Shown: positions 34,617 through 44,620 of the stretch, piece after piece
Layout: each line of letters begins with the position of its first letter
Position numbering within the stretch: position 1 is the stretch's first letter
Origin: a virus
Taxonomy: Duplodnaviria; Caudoviricetes
Direction: 5' to 3' (one strand)
Length of the DNA stretch: 47,104 bases
Virus record (IMG/VR): IMGVR_UViG_3300048865_000016
Location: 1-47,104 of that record
Program-made: the position numbers and the translations under genes
Notes under the pieces: generated by a model
Told to the model about the DNA's origin: nothing
Seen by the model: the letters and a program-made list of their open reading frames with translations, nothing else
Database searches by the model: none

Positions 34617-37600
34617 GTCCTCTGAGTGCGCCCGAACTTCTTACGCAGCCGCCTAAGCTGATCTCCCTGGCTAGCCGGGACAGACACTGAAAGCGTGTCC
34701 CCACCAGGAAAGCTGAGGTCCATGGTTCCCAGGTACTGCGCTTGAGCGCTCTGCATCAGCGAGGGAGATGCAGATGGGATCGATGGCAAGGGTCCAGATC
34801 CGACAGGCCCACCTGTAGCAAACCTGGGAAAACGACGCGCGTTGATCGCTCTCATGAAGTCGTCACCCCAGTACTGAGAGGCCTGCGCGTTGATGACCCA
34901 CTCTTTTCTGGAAAGCCATGCAGGAATGCTGTCTGAGGTTGTTGTGCCAGGCCCAAAGACCTTACCGCCACCCGAAAACTTGGGTGCACTGGAGGGAGCG
35001 GACGTACTCTTCCCGCCTGACTTGATCAGGTTCGCAGCTTCATCAAGGTTGGAGTTTGGTGCGGCAAGGGTTACCGGAATAACCATGTATTTAGCGTAAG
35101 CCTGGGCCAGCGCCTGAAGCCTGGCCGTAGTCTGCTGCTCCGATGTTTCATTGGGCACATAACTGATCTGTATACGCTGGAGCGCTGACGCATAAGCCAC
35201 TAGCTCATCGACCTGCTTTTTGGCTGCATCCACTCCTTTCTGAGCATTGGCCTCATCCAGTTGCGCCGCTGAGTTGGCGATCTGCTGCAGTTCTTTGGCG
35301 ATACCGGAAAATCCGTAGGTGTTTTCCCCCGCCTGCTTAAGGTCCTGCAGGATCTTGCCTGCTCGCTCTGCTTCACGGATGGCACCTGCTGTGTCTCCCG
35401 CCTGTAGTGCATTACGTGCAGCTACTTTTGCACTGGATACATCGTTGAGGGTGGTACCTGCGCTGCCGCTCTGCATGTCAGTGACAAGGCTTGCAAAGTC
35501 TTTGGCAATATCCTTGCGCCGGTCCTGCGCTTTTTTCAGTGCCGTGTTTGCCGCTTCATATGCTGTGAGCTGGGCAGCGAGATTGGCCTGCACCATCTTG
35601 AGCTCATTGGACTTGATCGTCTGCAATGACGCCTTGAAGGCGCTTTCTTTCGCCTCACGGTCAGCAAGTGCCTGGGCAATAGACTCTGTAGCCTTACGGT
35701 ACCGGCTGGCCTGTTTTGCGGCCGCTAGTGCTTCAGGAGATACCGCTGCTGTCGGCCCGTTCTTTTCAAAGTCGGCGCGGCTGATCTGCTCGGAGAGCTT
35801 GGAATAATACGTTTGCGCAGCTTTGAGGCGCTCGGCATAGGCAGCTTTCTCCGTTACGGTAAGCGCTTGCTGCTCCTGACCTGTGAGAATAAGTGTATTT
35901 CGGTATGGCTCGTTCGCCTGAACCGTGGCCGCAAGTGCCTTGCGGTAATCCTCCTGGGACTTCACCAGGTCCTGGTTCTGCTGGTACAGGTCATAGAGTT
36001 CGGCAAGCTGCCCAGCAATGATGCCGTATCCACCCAGCCTCGTCAGGTTACCTACTTTAGAAAGCCCACCCAGGACTCCAGTGAGCCGGCTGGCCTTCCC
36101 TGTCAGAACGTCGAGGGATGCGCCTGCAGCTGCTGCGCTTGCCGGCGTTGTGGCCAGTTGGCCAATAAACAGGGCAAATGGCCCCCTTAGAGCTCTAACG
36201 ACCAACGTCAGGGCTGCCGCACTTGCTCCAAGCGCGACAATCCCGGTAATGGCCACGCGTGTCGGTTGAGGCAACTCATTAAACGCATTGGTCATATCGG
36301 TTAGCATGTTGATGATCGGAAGACCCGCAGCAACTGCCTGTCCTAACGCCAGCTGCAGCTCGCCAATTGCTGCCTTGAACGCCTTTATTTGATGTTCAGG
36401 CGTATTCTTCATGATGTTGTAGGCGCGCTCTGTTGCCCCTGTTGCGTTCGCCATCTTGGCGACTTCTGCCTGGAGGCCTCCCATATCCTTTGTTAGAGCG
36501 GCTACAGCAGTACGGGCTTCGGTATCCGGAATGATCGACTGCAGCGCTGCGTAACCCAGCTTTGCATTGGCGATTTGCTGCAGCGTATTTGTCAGCCCCT
36601 TGTATTCAATACCAAGCGCCTGCATGGCTTTCTTGGCTTCCGGTGCTGGAGCAGCCAGGGCGTTGATAGCGCTACGCAGTGCCGTTGTGGCAATCGGGGT
36701 GCGAATGCCTTGTACTGTCATGCGCGACAGCGCTGCGGCTACTTCGTCAAACCTGACGCCTGCTGCCGCAGCAATCGGCAGGATCTGGCCCAGTCCGTCA
36801 GCAAGCTCCGGAAATGTAGTAACACCGTCCTGGATGGCCAGAAAGAGCTGGTCATATCTCAAGCCCAGCTTTTCTACACCCTCACCATAGGCGTTGATCA
36901 CTGTCACACCCGTGGAGGCTGCGGTCTTTGTCTCTGTCATACCCGCAATGGCAGCTTTTGTTGCAGCTGTCAGGACCGTCATTGCGTTGTCAGTCTTGAC
37001 CCCTGACCCCAGAATATCGAGCAAGGCAGAAGCGCTGCCTACCGCATCCGTACCCATCGTCAGGCTAAGCTGGCGGACATTCTTACCCAGGGCTTGAATC
37101 TGGTTACTTGTAAGGTCTGTAATGGATTCAACGCCAGCCATCTGCTGGCTGAAGGATGCAAAACGATCAAAGCCCTTGGTGGCAGCAAGAGTAAACGCTC
37201 CAAAGCTTGCCGCACCCGCGAGCACCTCAGCCTTAACGGCCGAAAGACTTCCCATCCAGTCACGATTTGCACGGCTTAGGCTCTGGGTCTGGCGTTCAGT
37301 CTCAGCAATGCGCTGCGTGAGCGTGTTGTGTGCAATCGCAAGCTCACCAGCAGTGGCAGATCCTGACCGCTTGAGAAGGTCGTACTGTCGCTGCAGCTGT
37401 GCTATTTCGGATCGAGCATCTCGAATCTGAGCAACACCAAGGCTCTTGAGAGCACCCTGGATCTGGTTGTCTCGCCCTCCTGCAGCAGTGCTTGCAGCCA
37501 GCTCACGCTGTAAGCGCGCCTGTTCAGCTGACAGATTTCGAGTATCAACGCCTGCAGCCTGTAGCTCCTTGCGCTGGGTACGCAGTGCTGCAGTCTGCTG

Positions 37601-37900
37601 ATCAAGCCGGCGCTTGGAGGACTCAAGCGTACGCTCAGCGGCTGCCAGTTCACGTTCAAGTGCTCGAGCAGGCTGAGTACTGGCAGCCAGGGCTTTTTGC
37701 AGGTCGTCTACTTTCTTGCGAGCAGCAAAAAACTCGGCAGCGGTTCCCTTGGCCTGGTTCTGAAGTTCCAGCAATGAGCCGACTTGTCTGAGCGGGCGCT
37801 CAACCGTTTTGACCATCTCCGCAAATTCTTTGCGAAAGCCTGCCACGCCGGTCTTGGCCGACTCGACATCAGCCCGTAGCTTGAATTCTAAATCGCTCAT
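34607..37900 (-). CDS. Tape measure protein
   Basis: 1097 aa, Ala-rich helical, TP901-like core, 'GPGTTTSDSIPAWLS' C-terminal motif. Confidence 0.95.
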   Translation of the reverse strand: MSDLEFKLRADVESAKTGVAGFRKEFAEMVKTVERPLRQVGSLLELQNQAKGTAAEFFAARKKVDDLQKALAASTQPARALERELAAAERTLESSKRRLDQQTAALRTQRKELQAAGVDTRNLSAEQARLQRELAASTAAGGRDNQIQGALKSLGVAQIRDARSEIAQLQRQYDLLKRSGSATAGELAIAHNTLTQRIAETERQTQSLSRANRDWMGSLSAVKAEVLAGAASFGAFTLAATKGFDRFASFSQQMAGVESITDLTSNQIQALGKNVRQLSLTMGTDAVGSASALLDILGSGVKTDNAMTVLTAATKAAIAGMTETKTAASTGVTVINAYGEGVEKLGLRYDQLFLAIQDGVTTFPELADGLGQILPIAAAAGVRFDEVAAALSRMTVQGIRTPIATTALRSAINALAAPAPEAKKAMQALGIEYKGLTNTLQQIANAKLGYAALQSIIPDTEARTAVAALTKDMGGLQAEVAKMANATGATERAYNIMKNTPEHQIKAFKAAIGELQLALGQAVAAGLPIINMLTDMTNAFNELPQPTRVAITGIVALGASAAALTLVVRALRGPFALFIGQLATTPASAAAAGASLDVLTGKASRLTGVLGGLSKVGNLTRLGGYGIIAGQLAELYDLYQQNQDLVKSQEDYRKALAATVQANEPYRNTLILTGQEQQALTVTEKAAYAERLKAAQTYYSKLSEQISRADFEKNGPTAAVSPEALAAAKQASRYRKATESIAQALADREAKESAFKASLQTIKSNELKMVQANLAAQLTAYEAANTALKKAQDRRKDIAKDFASLVTDMQSGSAGTTLNDVSSAKVAARNALQAGDTAGAIREAERAGKILQDLKQAGENTYGFSGIAKELQQIANSAAQLDEANAQKGVDAAKKQVDELVAYASALQRIQISYVPNETSEQQTTARLQALAQAYAKYMVIPVTLAAPNSNLDEAANLIKSGGKSTSAPSSAPKFSGGGKVFGPGTTTSDSIPAWLSRKEWVINAQASQYWGDDFMRAINARRFPRFATGGPVGSGPLPSIPSASPSLMQSAQAQYLGTMDLSFPGGDTLSVSVPASQGDQLRRLRKKFGRTQRTWT

Positions 37901-37901
37901 G

Positions 37902-38299
37902 TCAGGCCTTTAGTGCTTGCAGAAATAAGCGCCAGGGATAGTCCAGCACCTGGTGATGCCCTATACGGATCAGAGTGCAGATAGTCTTTTCAAGCTGGCT
38001 CAAGGCTTGCTCTCTGGTTTGGCCAGACGAGCCAGCATCTCGAAAAAATGGGTGTTCAGCTCTTTGATTCTGTCCTTCACTTTCTCAAGCTGACTGGGCG
38101 TCATCTCGTCTATCTCATCAGTGCTGAGACTGGTGAAAGCAGCAATGTCACCGAGCCGGATATCATCGAAAAGACTGACACTGAGAACGTCGTAATCCTC
38201 CCGGGCAATGCTTTCCCTGATCTCCTTGACAGTCAGTTCACGTATCACAATGTCTTTGCCGTCCAGGGTCAGGACGGCACGGGTCGATGCGTCACTCAT
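37902..38299 (-). CDS. Tail assembly chaperone G-T fusion (-1 frameshift product)
   Basis: In-frame slippery heptamer T TTT TTC at 38048-38042; the -1 frame stays open to TGA at 37904-37902. Confidence 0.8.
38000..38299 (-). CDS. Tail assembly chaperone (gpG-like)
   Basis: 99 aa, acidic, between tail tube and tape measure. Confidence 0.85.
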   Translation of the reverse strand: MSDASTRAVLTLDGKDIVIRELTVKEIRESIAREDYDVLSVSLFDDIRLGDIAAFTSLSTDEIDEMTPSQLEKVKDRIKELNTHFFEMLARLAKPESKP

Positions 38300-38310
38300 G
38301 TGTTCTCCCT

Positions 38311-38349
38311 AAAAGAAAAACCCCCGGAAGCTCTATGCCTGCGGGGGTT
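38311..38349 (-). terminator. Terminator-like hairpin after the major tail gene
   Basis: AACCCCCG...CGGGGGTT followed by T-rich run. Confidence 0.55.
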
Positions 38350-38370
38350 CGTATATAAAAGAGCAAACGC

Positions 38371-39120
38371 TCAAGTGACGTCCTTGATGACCATGTACTG
38401 GGACATGCCAGTACCTTTTCTGGTGGGGTCCTTTTCGACCTTGGCCGTGAATTCCATGCCTTGGAAGTCATCGCCAATAAAGCCCAATGTGGCCGGTGAG
38501 TGGTTTACCCGGAATACCTCAATGACAACTGGCTTGCCCGTACGCGCCTCGTTCAGGCCAACAAATACATGGCGGTACCGTTTGCCAGAGTTGACCAGCG
38601 CTTGTACGGTTGCGTGCATGGCATAGCTATAGCTAGCTACAACATCCAGTCCCTCTTCTGGCACCGCCCCGTCTTCAACCTCCTCGATATAAGGAAATCC
38701 GGCAGGATCAAGGGTGTAGTCCGTATCCAAGACCAGTTCGTCACCACCTGCCGCAGGAGCAAGCACCAGATTGGTTACCCCGGGATTCTTGAGCATGATC
38801 AATGAGCCAGGAAATGCACGATGTGCTTCACCAGTGACGGTCCCGGCAGGTACCTCTGTAGCGGATCCATAGAGCGCTCGCGCCATATTGGCCGCTTTAT
38901 AGTGTCTGGCCTGATAGTTCACAGTCAGAGAGCTGATGCGCTGCACCGTGGCGTCCAGGCCTCCTCCGGGAGTCGTGTAATCTCGCTCATCAATATCATC
39001 CGTGGACGCCTCATAAGTAAGGCTGTTGCAGTTGCCAATAAATACGAGCCCCCGGGGATTATCCAGATCCTCGAGGTATTGCTTGCCTACGCCAAGAAAG
39101 GCGCCTCTTAGATCAGCCAT
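38371..39120 (-). CDS. Major tail tube protein
   Basis: 249 aa; 'FLGVGK..FIGNCNSL..FVGLNEA..GFIGDDF'; position. Confidence 0.85.
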   Translation of the reverse strand: MADLRGAFLGVGKQYLEDLDNPRGLVFIGNCNSLTYEASTDDIDERDYTTPGGGLDATVQRISSLTVNYQARHYKAANMARALYGSATEVPAGTVTGEAHRAFPGSLIMLKNPGVTNLVLAPAAGGDELVLDTDYTLDPAGFPYIEEVEDGAVPEEGLDVVASYSYAMHATVQALVNSGKRYRHVFVGLNEARTGKPVVIEVFRVNHSPATLGFIGDDFQGMEFTAKVEKDPTRKGTGMSQYMVIKDVT

Positions 39121-39334
39121 TGCTCTGTGCTCCTGTGCCGTTATCTGGTGTCAGCTCGGCCTCGGTATTGGCTTTAGAGCCAATCACGCCCGCTTTGGTG
39201 AGCCATTCTTTCTCGGCCTCGGTGATCTTGATCTTGTCGTCGGCCTGGTACTGCACGCCTGCATGCGTGTGCGGTTTTTTTAGCGTCACCTGCACGAGGC
39301 TTGGGTCATTACTGGCCCGGGTTTTAGCGATCAT
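39113..39334 (-). CDS. Small virion-associated protein
   Basis: 73 aa 'VTLKKPHTHAGVQY..D.I...WL..GV'. Confidence 0.7.
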   Translation of the reverse strand: MIAKTRASNDPSLVQVTLKKPHTHAGVQYQADDKIKITEAEKEWLTKAGVIGSKANTEAELTPDNGTGAQSNG

Positions 39335-39797
39335 TTGGATACACTCCGTTGATGACGATGTGGAGTTGAACAGGGATCAAAACGGTTGCGACGTTTGCGC
39401 CATTACCCGGTGGGTACGGCTCTGGCGCGCCAAGAGTGAAGTTCGAGACAAGCCTGGGCGCCCATGACACGGGCACCCCTTGAGAAGGCAGCAAGGCCTT
39501 GAGCAGATCCAGCTCGATCTGGTCGAGTGCATCCTCATAGTCATCCAGCTGAGTCGAGACCGCTCCGATCACATTGAACGCTCGAAAGACTTTGATTGCC
39601 TCCGCGCCTTGCAGTGGTACCTGCGGTCTGGTTGGTTGGACGACTATTAACGGATAGCCCACCTGGTCATCCTGGATCACCTCGTTGAGCCAGCCCGACC
39701 GGACGTTGGTACCGGCTGATGTTTCATAGCCGTTTTCCGGAAGAATGGTCTGGAGGTGAGCCACAAACGCCTTGCGAGCCTCGGTAAGTGGATTCAT
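39324..39797 (-). CDS. Tail terminator-like protein
   Basis: 157 aa; 'LQTI.PENGY.T.AG' N-terminus; position before the tail tube. Confidence 0.7.
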   Translation of the reverse strand: MNPLTEARKAFVAHLQTILPENGYETSAGTNVRSGWLNEVIQDDQVGYPLIVVQPTRPQVPLQGAEAIKVFRAFNVIGAVSTQLDDYEDALDQIELDLLKALLPSQGVPVSWAPRLVSNFTLGAPEPYPPGNGANVATVLIPVQLHIVINGVYPNDR

Positions 39798-39798
39798 A

Positions 39799-40113
39799 TC
39801 AAACCCTCAGCAGCGAGAAGCGATTGACTAGGCCATCCGAGCCCAGGTGATCATCCAGACGATACAGACGATCCCCAAACCGCAGCGTGCATCCCCGGTA
39901 CGCCTTGGGTGCTTCCTTGATACGAAGGTCTGCAGCTAGCTCAATGACCACGACCATGCCATCCGCGCCAGCGGCGCTGATGTTACGCATGAGGACAACG
40001 GTCACATTGCGCGGGGGTTCGCCCTGGTCACCGATGAATACAGCCTCTTCGCCAAATTCATCGAAAAGCCCCTCATCGGCATCCTCAAAGGCATCCTCGA
40101 AATCACTGGCCAT
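39799..40113 (-). CDS. Head-tail joining protein (gpFII-like)
   Basis: 104 aa directly after the capsid gene. Confidence 0.7.
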   Translation of the reverse strand: MASDFEDAFEDADEGLFDEFGEEAVFIGDQGEPPRNVTVVLMRNISAAGADGMVVVIELAADLRIKEAPKAYRGCTLRFGDRLYRLDDHLGSDGLVNRFSLLRV

Positions 40114-40118
40114 CTGAC

Positions 40119-41120
40119 TTACTTCGTAAGCTTGATGATGGCACGAGGCATGGTGCAGAGGTTCAGCGGGTTGCTCTGAGCCTCCATGTCGATACCCTTG
40201 TTGTGTCGCATCATCTCTTGGCTGGAGTAGTACGGCAGCCCCAGGGTGTTGACTGTTTCCATGTAGTTGGCGGGTGCAAAACGAGTAATAAACAGGCCGT
40301 CTACGATAGGGATCAGGTAAGCAACGTTAGTATCGATAAATTCGACCGCCCCAACCTTGCCGTAGAACTCCTCCCAGTAGACTCCTCCGTAGAGGAAGCC
40401 TGCTGCGCGTGGGTCAGTTCGTAGGAATACGCCCTCCTGAAAGCGGTCATAGGCTTGTGCAACCGCCCCATGACTTGCGAAATCATCAAAGAAACTACGG
40501 CCGCAGATGGCAATCCAGCCTGTAATCAGGCCACTGCCACCCAGTACATCCTCAGCACGGCGCTTGGCATCACTCACCTTGGCCAGCACCTTTGTTGTAG
40601 CGGTCCCAAGTCCCATAGGTACGCTGATCTGCTGCACCTGGAAACGGTCGTATATGTCTAGCAAGACACGCTGTCCATCAGCGTCGTAGACCTTTCCTGT
40701 CACAGCCCCTACACGGTGGTAGCGAATAGTCGCATCCAGACGCTTACGCATCTTGAGCAGGCGCTTATTCACCATGTTCTCAACACTTTCCAATTCCGAT
40801 TCGCTACCGAAGGCACGGATACCCTGTACTTCATCGGCCATGATCGTGCCGCGAGTTGGCAGATGGATGGTTGAGAAGGGAATCATATCGCGCTTGTCGG
40901 CAATGGTCGGATCAGCTGGACCTCCACGTTCCGCAGCCGGCACCAGGTATAATTGGTCAGCCTCACGCTCGATGAAGACAGCAGTGGTTGTGATACCTTC
41001 CTCCTCAAAGAGCGCATCCAAACGCGAATTGGTCGCCTGACCTTCGATAGGCTGGTTGATCGACGCTGTAAGGCCGGTGACGCTAAAGGCGTCATCGTTA
41101 AAAATATCTAAGCTGGGCAT
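40119..41120 (-). CDS. Major capsid protein (lambda E family)
   Basis: 'LDIFNDDAFSVTGLT..DEVQGIRAFGSE..QSNPL..PRA'. Confidence 0.93.
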   Translation of the reverse strand: MPSLDIFNDDAFSVTGLTASINQPIEGQATNSRLDALFEEEGITTTAVFIEREADQLYLVPAAERGGPADPTIADKRDMIPFSTIHLPTRGTIMADEVQGIRAFGSESELESVENMVNKRLLKMRKRLDATIRYHRVGAVTGKVYDADGQRVLLDIYDRFQVQQISVPMGLGTATTKVLAKVSDAKRRAEDVLGGSGLITGWIAICGRSFFDDFASHGAVAQAYDRFQEGVFLRTDPRAAGFLYGGVYWEEFYGKVGAVEFIDTNVAYLIPIVDGLFITRFAPANYMETVNTLGLPYYSSQEMMRHNKGIDMEAQSNPLNLCTMPRAIIKLTK

Positions 41121-41135
41121 TTCGCTCTCCAGAAA

Positions 41136-41161
41136 CGAAAAAACCGCCATCAGGCGGTTCG
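41136..41161 (-). terminator. Hairpin with U-tract between decoration and capsid genes
   Basis: AACCGCC-TGAT-GGCGGTTTTTT. Confidence 0.55.
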
Positions 41162-41181
41162 AGAATCAATGTCAGGTGATG

Positions 41182-41541
41182 TTATTTAGCAGGTCGCAGG
41201 ATGATCTTTTGTGCAATCAATGCGGCGCGCGATGCATCCGTCAGACCCACCAGAAGATCTGCGGCCACCTCAGCATCACGCACAATTGCAGCGCCGCGGC
41301 GATCAGCATCTGGATCAGCAGGACGGTCTTCCCAGAGGATAGCCACGTCAGCAGTTGCGCCTGCAGCCGGAGCCTGAAACGCCACATACATACCTGCAGC
41401 ATTCTTGGACAGGATCTGGCCTGCAACATAGCTGGTGTTGCTCTTGGGGATCATGATGTGCTCACGGGAGCGTTCACCAGCGGCCTCACTCAAGAGAAAC
41501 GCACCCATGCGGCCACCTTCGGTAATGATTCGGCTAACCAT
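41182..41541 (-). CDS. Head decoration protein
   Basis: 'FLLSEAAGERSRE..AIL..IVRDAEV..L' pattern; between protease and capsid. Confidence 0.85.
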   Translation of the reverse strand: MVSRIITEGGRMGAFLLSEAAGERSREHIMIPKSNTSYVAGQILSKNAAGMYVAFQAPAAGATADVAILWEDRPADPDADRRGAAIVRDAEVAADLLVGLTDASRAALIAQKIILRPAK

Positions 41542-42794
41542 TATGCTTTCACTCCTTTACGACCTGCCCAAATGGCTTGTGTGTTGATGGTGCGCTTCTC
41601 ACTGCGCTCTCCTTTGGGCGCTGCAGCGCCGGCGCGGGTAGCATCGCTCTTGATGCTGGCCAGAGTGACACCGCGATCCTGAGCAGCCTTATAGAGTGCA
41701 AGGCCTGCTGCCTCCACGCTCAAACCGTCATCAATCGCTGCTTTTACTTCGGCATCAAAGCCGGGTTGAGCCAGCGCATGAATAGCAGCAATACGCTCAC
41801 GCTCAGCCTTTGCGCCAGCCTCAAGGCCGTCCTTGCGGCCTTCCAGATGAGCATTGGCCTTGATGGCTTCAACGTCCACTCGCTCTGCAGCGATTGTGAT
41901 GGTGTGCGGATCAGTACCGGCCGCAAGTGCAGCCTGCAGTTCCGCTGTAGTTTTTACAGTGGTCACGATGAGTTTCCTCGGTTGTGTTGGGGCTGACACT
42001 GCCAGCTTTCTGATTACCGACTCGAGCGAGCCGACACGATGGGCCAGTCCGCTTTCTACGGCCTGAGCACCAATGACAAGCCCGCCATGGTCACCCATGG
42101 CAGGCACATCTTCTTTGTTGACGCCAAGATTCCGTGCAACCTTGGCCGTGAATACCTCGCCCAGCGCATCAATCGTCTTGCCAACAAGTGCCCGCCCTTC
42201 CTCGGTTTCTATGTCAGGACGTTTGTTGGGTGCGTTGCTACTAGTGATGACGTAGCGTTTCTCACCTTCCGATGCCTTGCGGGTCACTACCTCAAAGACA
42301 ACGCCGATACTGCCCAAAACGGCAGTTGCATCGACCACGACTTCCGAGGCAGCGCTGGCAATCCAGTACGCTGCACTGGCGCCAGTACCACCGACATACG
42401 CCACGATCTTCTTTTGCGACCGTGCGGCATACACCAGATCCGCCAGCTCATTGATCCCATTTGCCTCACCGCCAGGGCTGTCGATGTTGAGCACGATGCT
42501 CTTCACCTTGGGATCATCGAGTGCAGTCTGGATGTCGGTGGCCAGTACCTGGGTACTGGTGGCTCCAGAGATCCTGGTGAAAAGGTTCGCGTAGCGAAAG
42601 ATGGGGCCAGTCACGGGAATAATGGCCACACCATCGCGCATGGTGACCGTGCGGGTGTTGTCCAGTGACTTGCCTAGACGAGTCTCGAGAGCCTCCGGAT
42701 CCAGCTGGCGCTCAGCAATGGCCAGAAGATTCTCAAGCGCGTTGGGAAGCATCAGCCAGGGCTGCGCCGTAGCCAGCTCAAATGCGCTATGCAT
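41541..42794 (-). CDS. S49 prohead protease with scaffold region
   Basis: 'IDSPGGE', 'ASAAYWIASAA', 'GSIGV'; helical C-terminus 'AERERIAAI'. Confidence 0.93.
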   Translation of the reverse strand: MHSAFELATAQPWLMLPNALENLLAIAERQLDPEALETRLGKSLDNTRTVTMRDGVAIIPVTGPIFRYANLFTRISGATSTQVLATDIQTALDDPKVKSIVLNIDSPGGEANGINELADLVYAARSQKKIVAYVGGTGASAAYWIASAASEVVVDATAVLGSIGVVFEVVTRKASEGEKRYVITSSNAPNKRPDIETEEGRALVGKTIDALGEVFTAKVARNLGVNKEDVPAMGDHGGLVIGAQAVESGLAHRVGSLESVIRKLAVSAPTQPRKLIVTTVKTTAELQAALAAGTDPHTITIAAERVDVEAIKANAHLEGRKDGLEAGAKAERERIAAIHALAQPGFDAEVKAAIDDGLSVEAAGLALYKAAQDRGVTLASIKSDATRAGAAAPKGERSEKRTINTQAIWAGRKGVKA

Positions 42795-42796
42795 GG

Positions 42797-44401
42797 TTAT
42801 TCCTCATTTGCAGGATCCGGTTTTTCTTCCGGCAGGTCTTTTGTCGTGGGAGAGACAGCCAATGTCCCATCGCGCCGGCGCTCATCGATCTCGCGCTTAC
42901 GCTGGCGATAAATCTGCTGGCGGCTCTCTCCAGACATGGCAGCCGCTTCCATGGTCTCGTTACTGATGCCGATCTCGATCCTTTTTCCGGCTGCATTGGC
43001 TTCCTTGAGCTCATCAATGGCGCCCCGCGCTGGCCCAATCCAGATAGCCCGGGTATACGCGCGGCGCTTGCCCGGATCTGAGTACCCAGGAGCCTTGATA
43101 CGGCCACTCGCCACAGCCTCATCGAAAAACAGCTCATAGCTGGGCTGGCAGAAGTCACACACCAGCCACCAGCGGCGCATCGAGTAGAAGCGCCAGGCCT
43201 GCAGCATGGCCGCGCGAGCGGCGCTGTAGCTTGAGCTGTAGTGCAGCATCAGCTCATCTGCAGGGAGCTCAAGCGCGGCGCCGATCTCCTTCACAATCGC
43301 AGTGAAGAAGGGATCGAACTGCGCATTAGGTCTGGCAGGGTTGGCAATGACAGGCTCTTCGCCTACAGCAAGATCTACAACTGCGCCCTCACCCAGCTCG
43401 ACAGGAGCCAATTCAGGCGAGTCATATTCAGCCTCGTTGCCAAAGGCAGGTACCAGCGCACTGCCCTGGTTAAAGTCTTCGTTCTTCTTAAGAAAGACGG
43501 TGAACATGGCGCTGATCACGGCCGCCATCAGTTCGGCACTGGCATAGCGCTCGAGCTTTTGCAGTGGCTCAAGGATGGGCGCCAGATAGGGTGCGCCACG
43601 CTTGAGGCCTGGACGCTCCTTGTCACACCATACCTGTAGCACTCGGCGCCGGCCGGTTTCACGTCCAAAGACTTCTACCCGCTCCCACTTGAGCGGCTTT
43701 ACCAGCGTCTTGTCGTTTGGATAGCCATTGCAGATGTGAAAGGCTACGGGCGCTCCATAATCGTCAAACTCAACCCCCTCAACCAGGGTGTCTGTATCAG
43801 GCCACTGGTGGGGATTGGTGATCCGATCAGTCTCAATGAGCTGCAAGCGGGTGTTGTAGACCGTGCCAGGCCGCTCGATCCACGGCGTAGTTGCAAAGCA
43901 GTCGCCACCTGTCATTGCAGAGACCAGCGCCAGCGCCTGCAACTGGTAATGGTTGAGGGTTGCCTCCGCATCGCATTCGCGCGGATCGTCTGCCCAGAGC
44001 ATCCATTCACGCTCAATCATCTGGTTGAAAGCTTCTGCCTGATCCTCGGTCAGGCCGAGTGCGTCTGCATCCACCTGCGGCCGACAGATCAGCCCGGTAC
44101 CGACCACGTTGGTACGGGTCCGGACAATAGCTGCACGTGCAATGAGGTGATTGCGCATTGCATCGCGTGAGCGAGCCACCAGGGTCTTGCGTTCAGGCGT
44201 AGAGAGATCGCGGTTAGGGCTACCCAAAAAAGGTAACCAGCTGGCCATCGAGCGCAGTACGCGAGAGGCACCGCGCCAGCGCGTCTCGCTACCGCCTCCA
44301 CCGCCTTGTGCTCGAGGTTGCGCGCCTACAAGATCGCCTGCTGCCTTGGTAACGGCCTTGACCATGCGCTCTTCAGGCGTGCTCCTGTTAAACCAAGCCA
44401 T
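42797..44401 (-). CDS. Portal protein, lambda family
   Basis: 'LVARSRDAMRN..VVGTGL..RGAP.LAP..SYSAARAA'. Confidence 0.95.
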   Translation of the reverse strand: MAWFNRSTPEERMVKAVTKAAGDLVGAQPRAQGGGGGSETRWRGASRVLRSMASWLPFLGSPNRDLSTPERKTLVARSRDAMRNHLIARAAIVRTRTNVVGTGLICRPQVDADALGLTEDQAEAFNQMIEREWMLWADDPRECDAEATLNHYQLQALALVSAMTGGDCFATTPWIERPGTVYNTRLQLIETDRITNPHQWPDTDTLVEGVEFDDYGAPVAFHICNGYPNDKTLVKPLKWERVEVFGRETGRRRVLQVWCDKERPGLKRGAPYLAPILEPLQKLERYASAELMAAVISAMFTVFLKKNEDFNQGSALVPAFGNEAEYDSPELAPVELGEGAVVDLAVGEEPVIANPARPNAQFDPFFTAIVKEIGAALELPADELMLHYSSSYSAARAAMLQAWRFYSMRRWWLVCDFCQPSYELFFDEAVASGRIKAPGYSDPGKRRAYTRAIWIGPARGAIDELKEANAAGKRIEIGISNETMEAAAMSGESRQQIYRQRKREIDERRRDGTLAVSPTTKDLPEEKPDPANEE

Positions 44402-44403
44402 AG

Positions 44404-44619
44404 TCAGATCCTGAAGTAACCGATGCGGTTACGGCCGCGAGGGGGTTTGGCGTTGTTTTCCGCCTCGGCTGCGTATTGCGCCTCCAGCTCACGGAGGAGC
44501 TTTAGGTCAGCACGGGTTACCTGGCGCTCGCCGTAACGTACGATCTGGCCGCCTTTGACGATCTTGTCTATCGCTTTGCGGACCTCGGAAAGCCGCGTTT
44601 CTACTGTGTTTGTATGCAT
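44404..44619 (-). CDS. Head completion protein (gpW-like)
   Basis: 71 aa between terL and portal; 'GQ..YGERQVTRADL..L'. Confidence 0.85.
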   Translation of the reverse strand: MHTNTVETRLSEVRKAIDKIVKGGQIVRYGERQVTRADLKLLRELEAQYAAEAENNAKPPRGRNRIGYFRI

Positions 44620-44620
44620 A

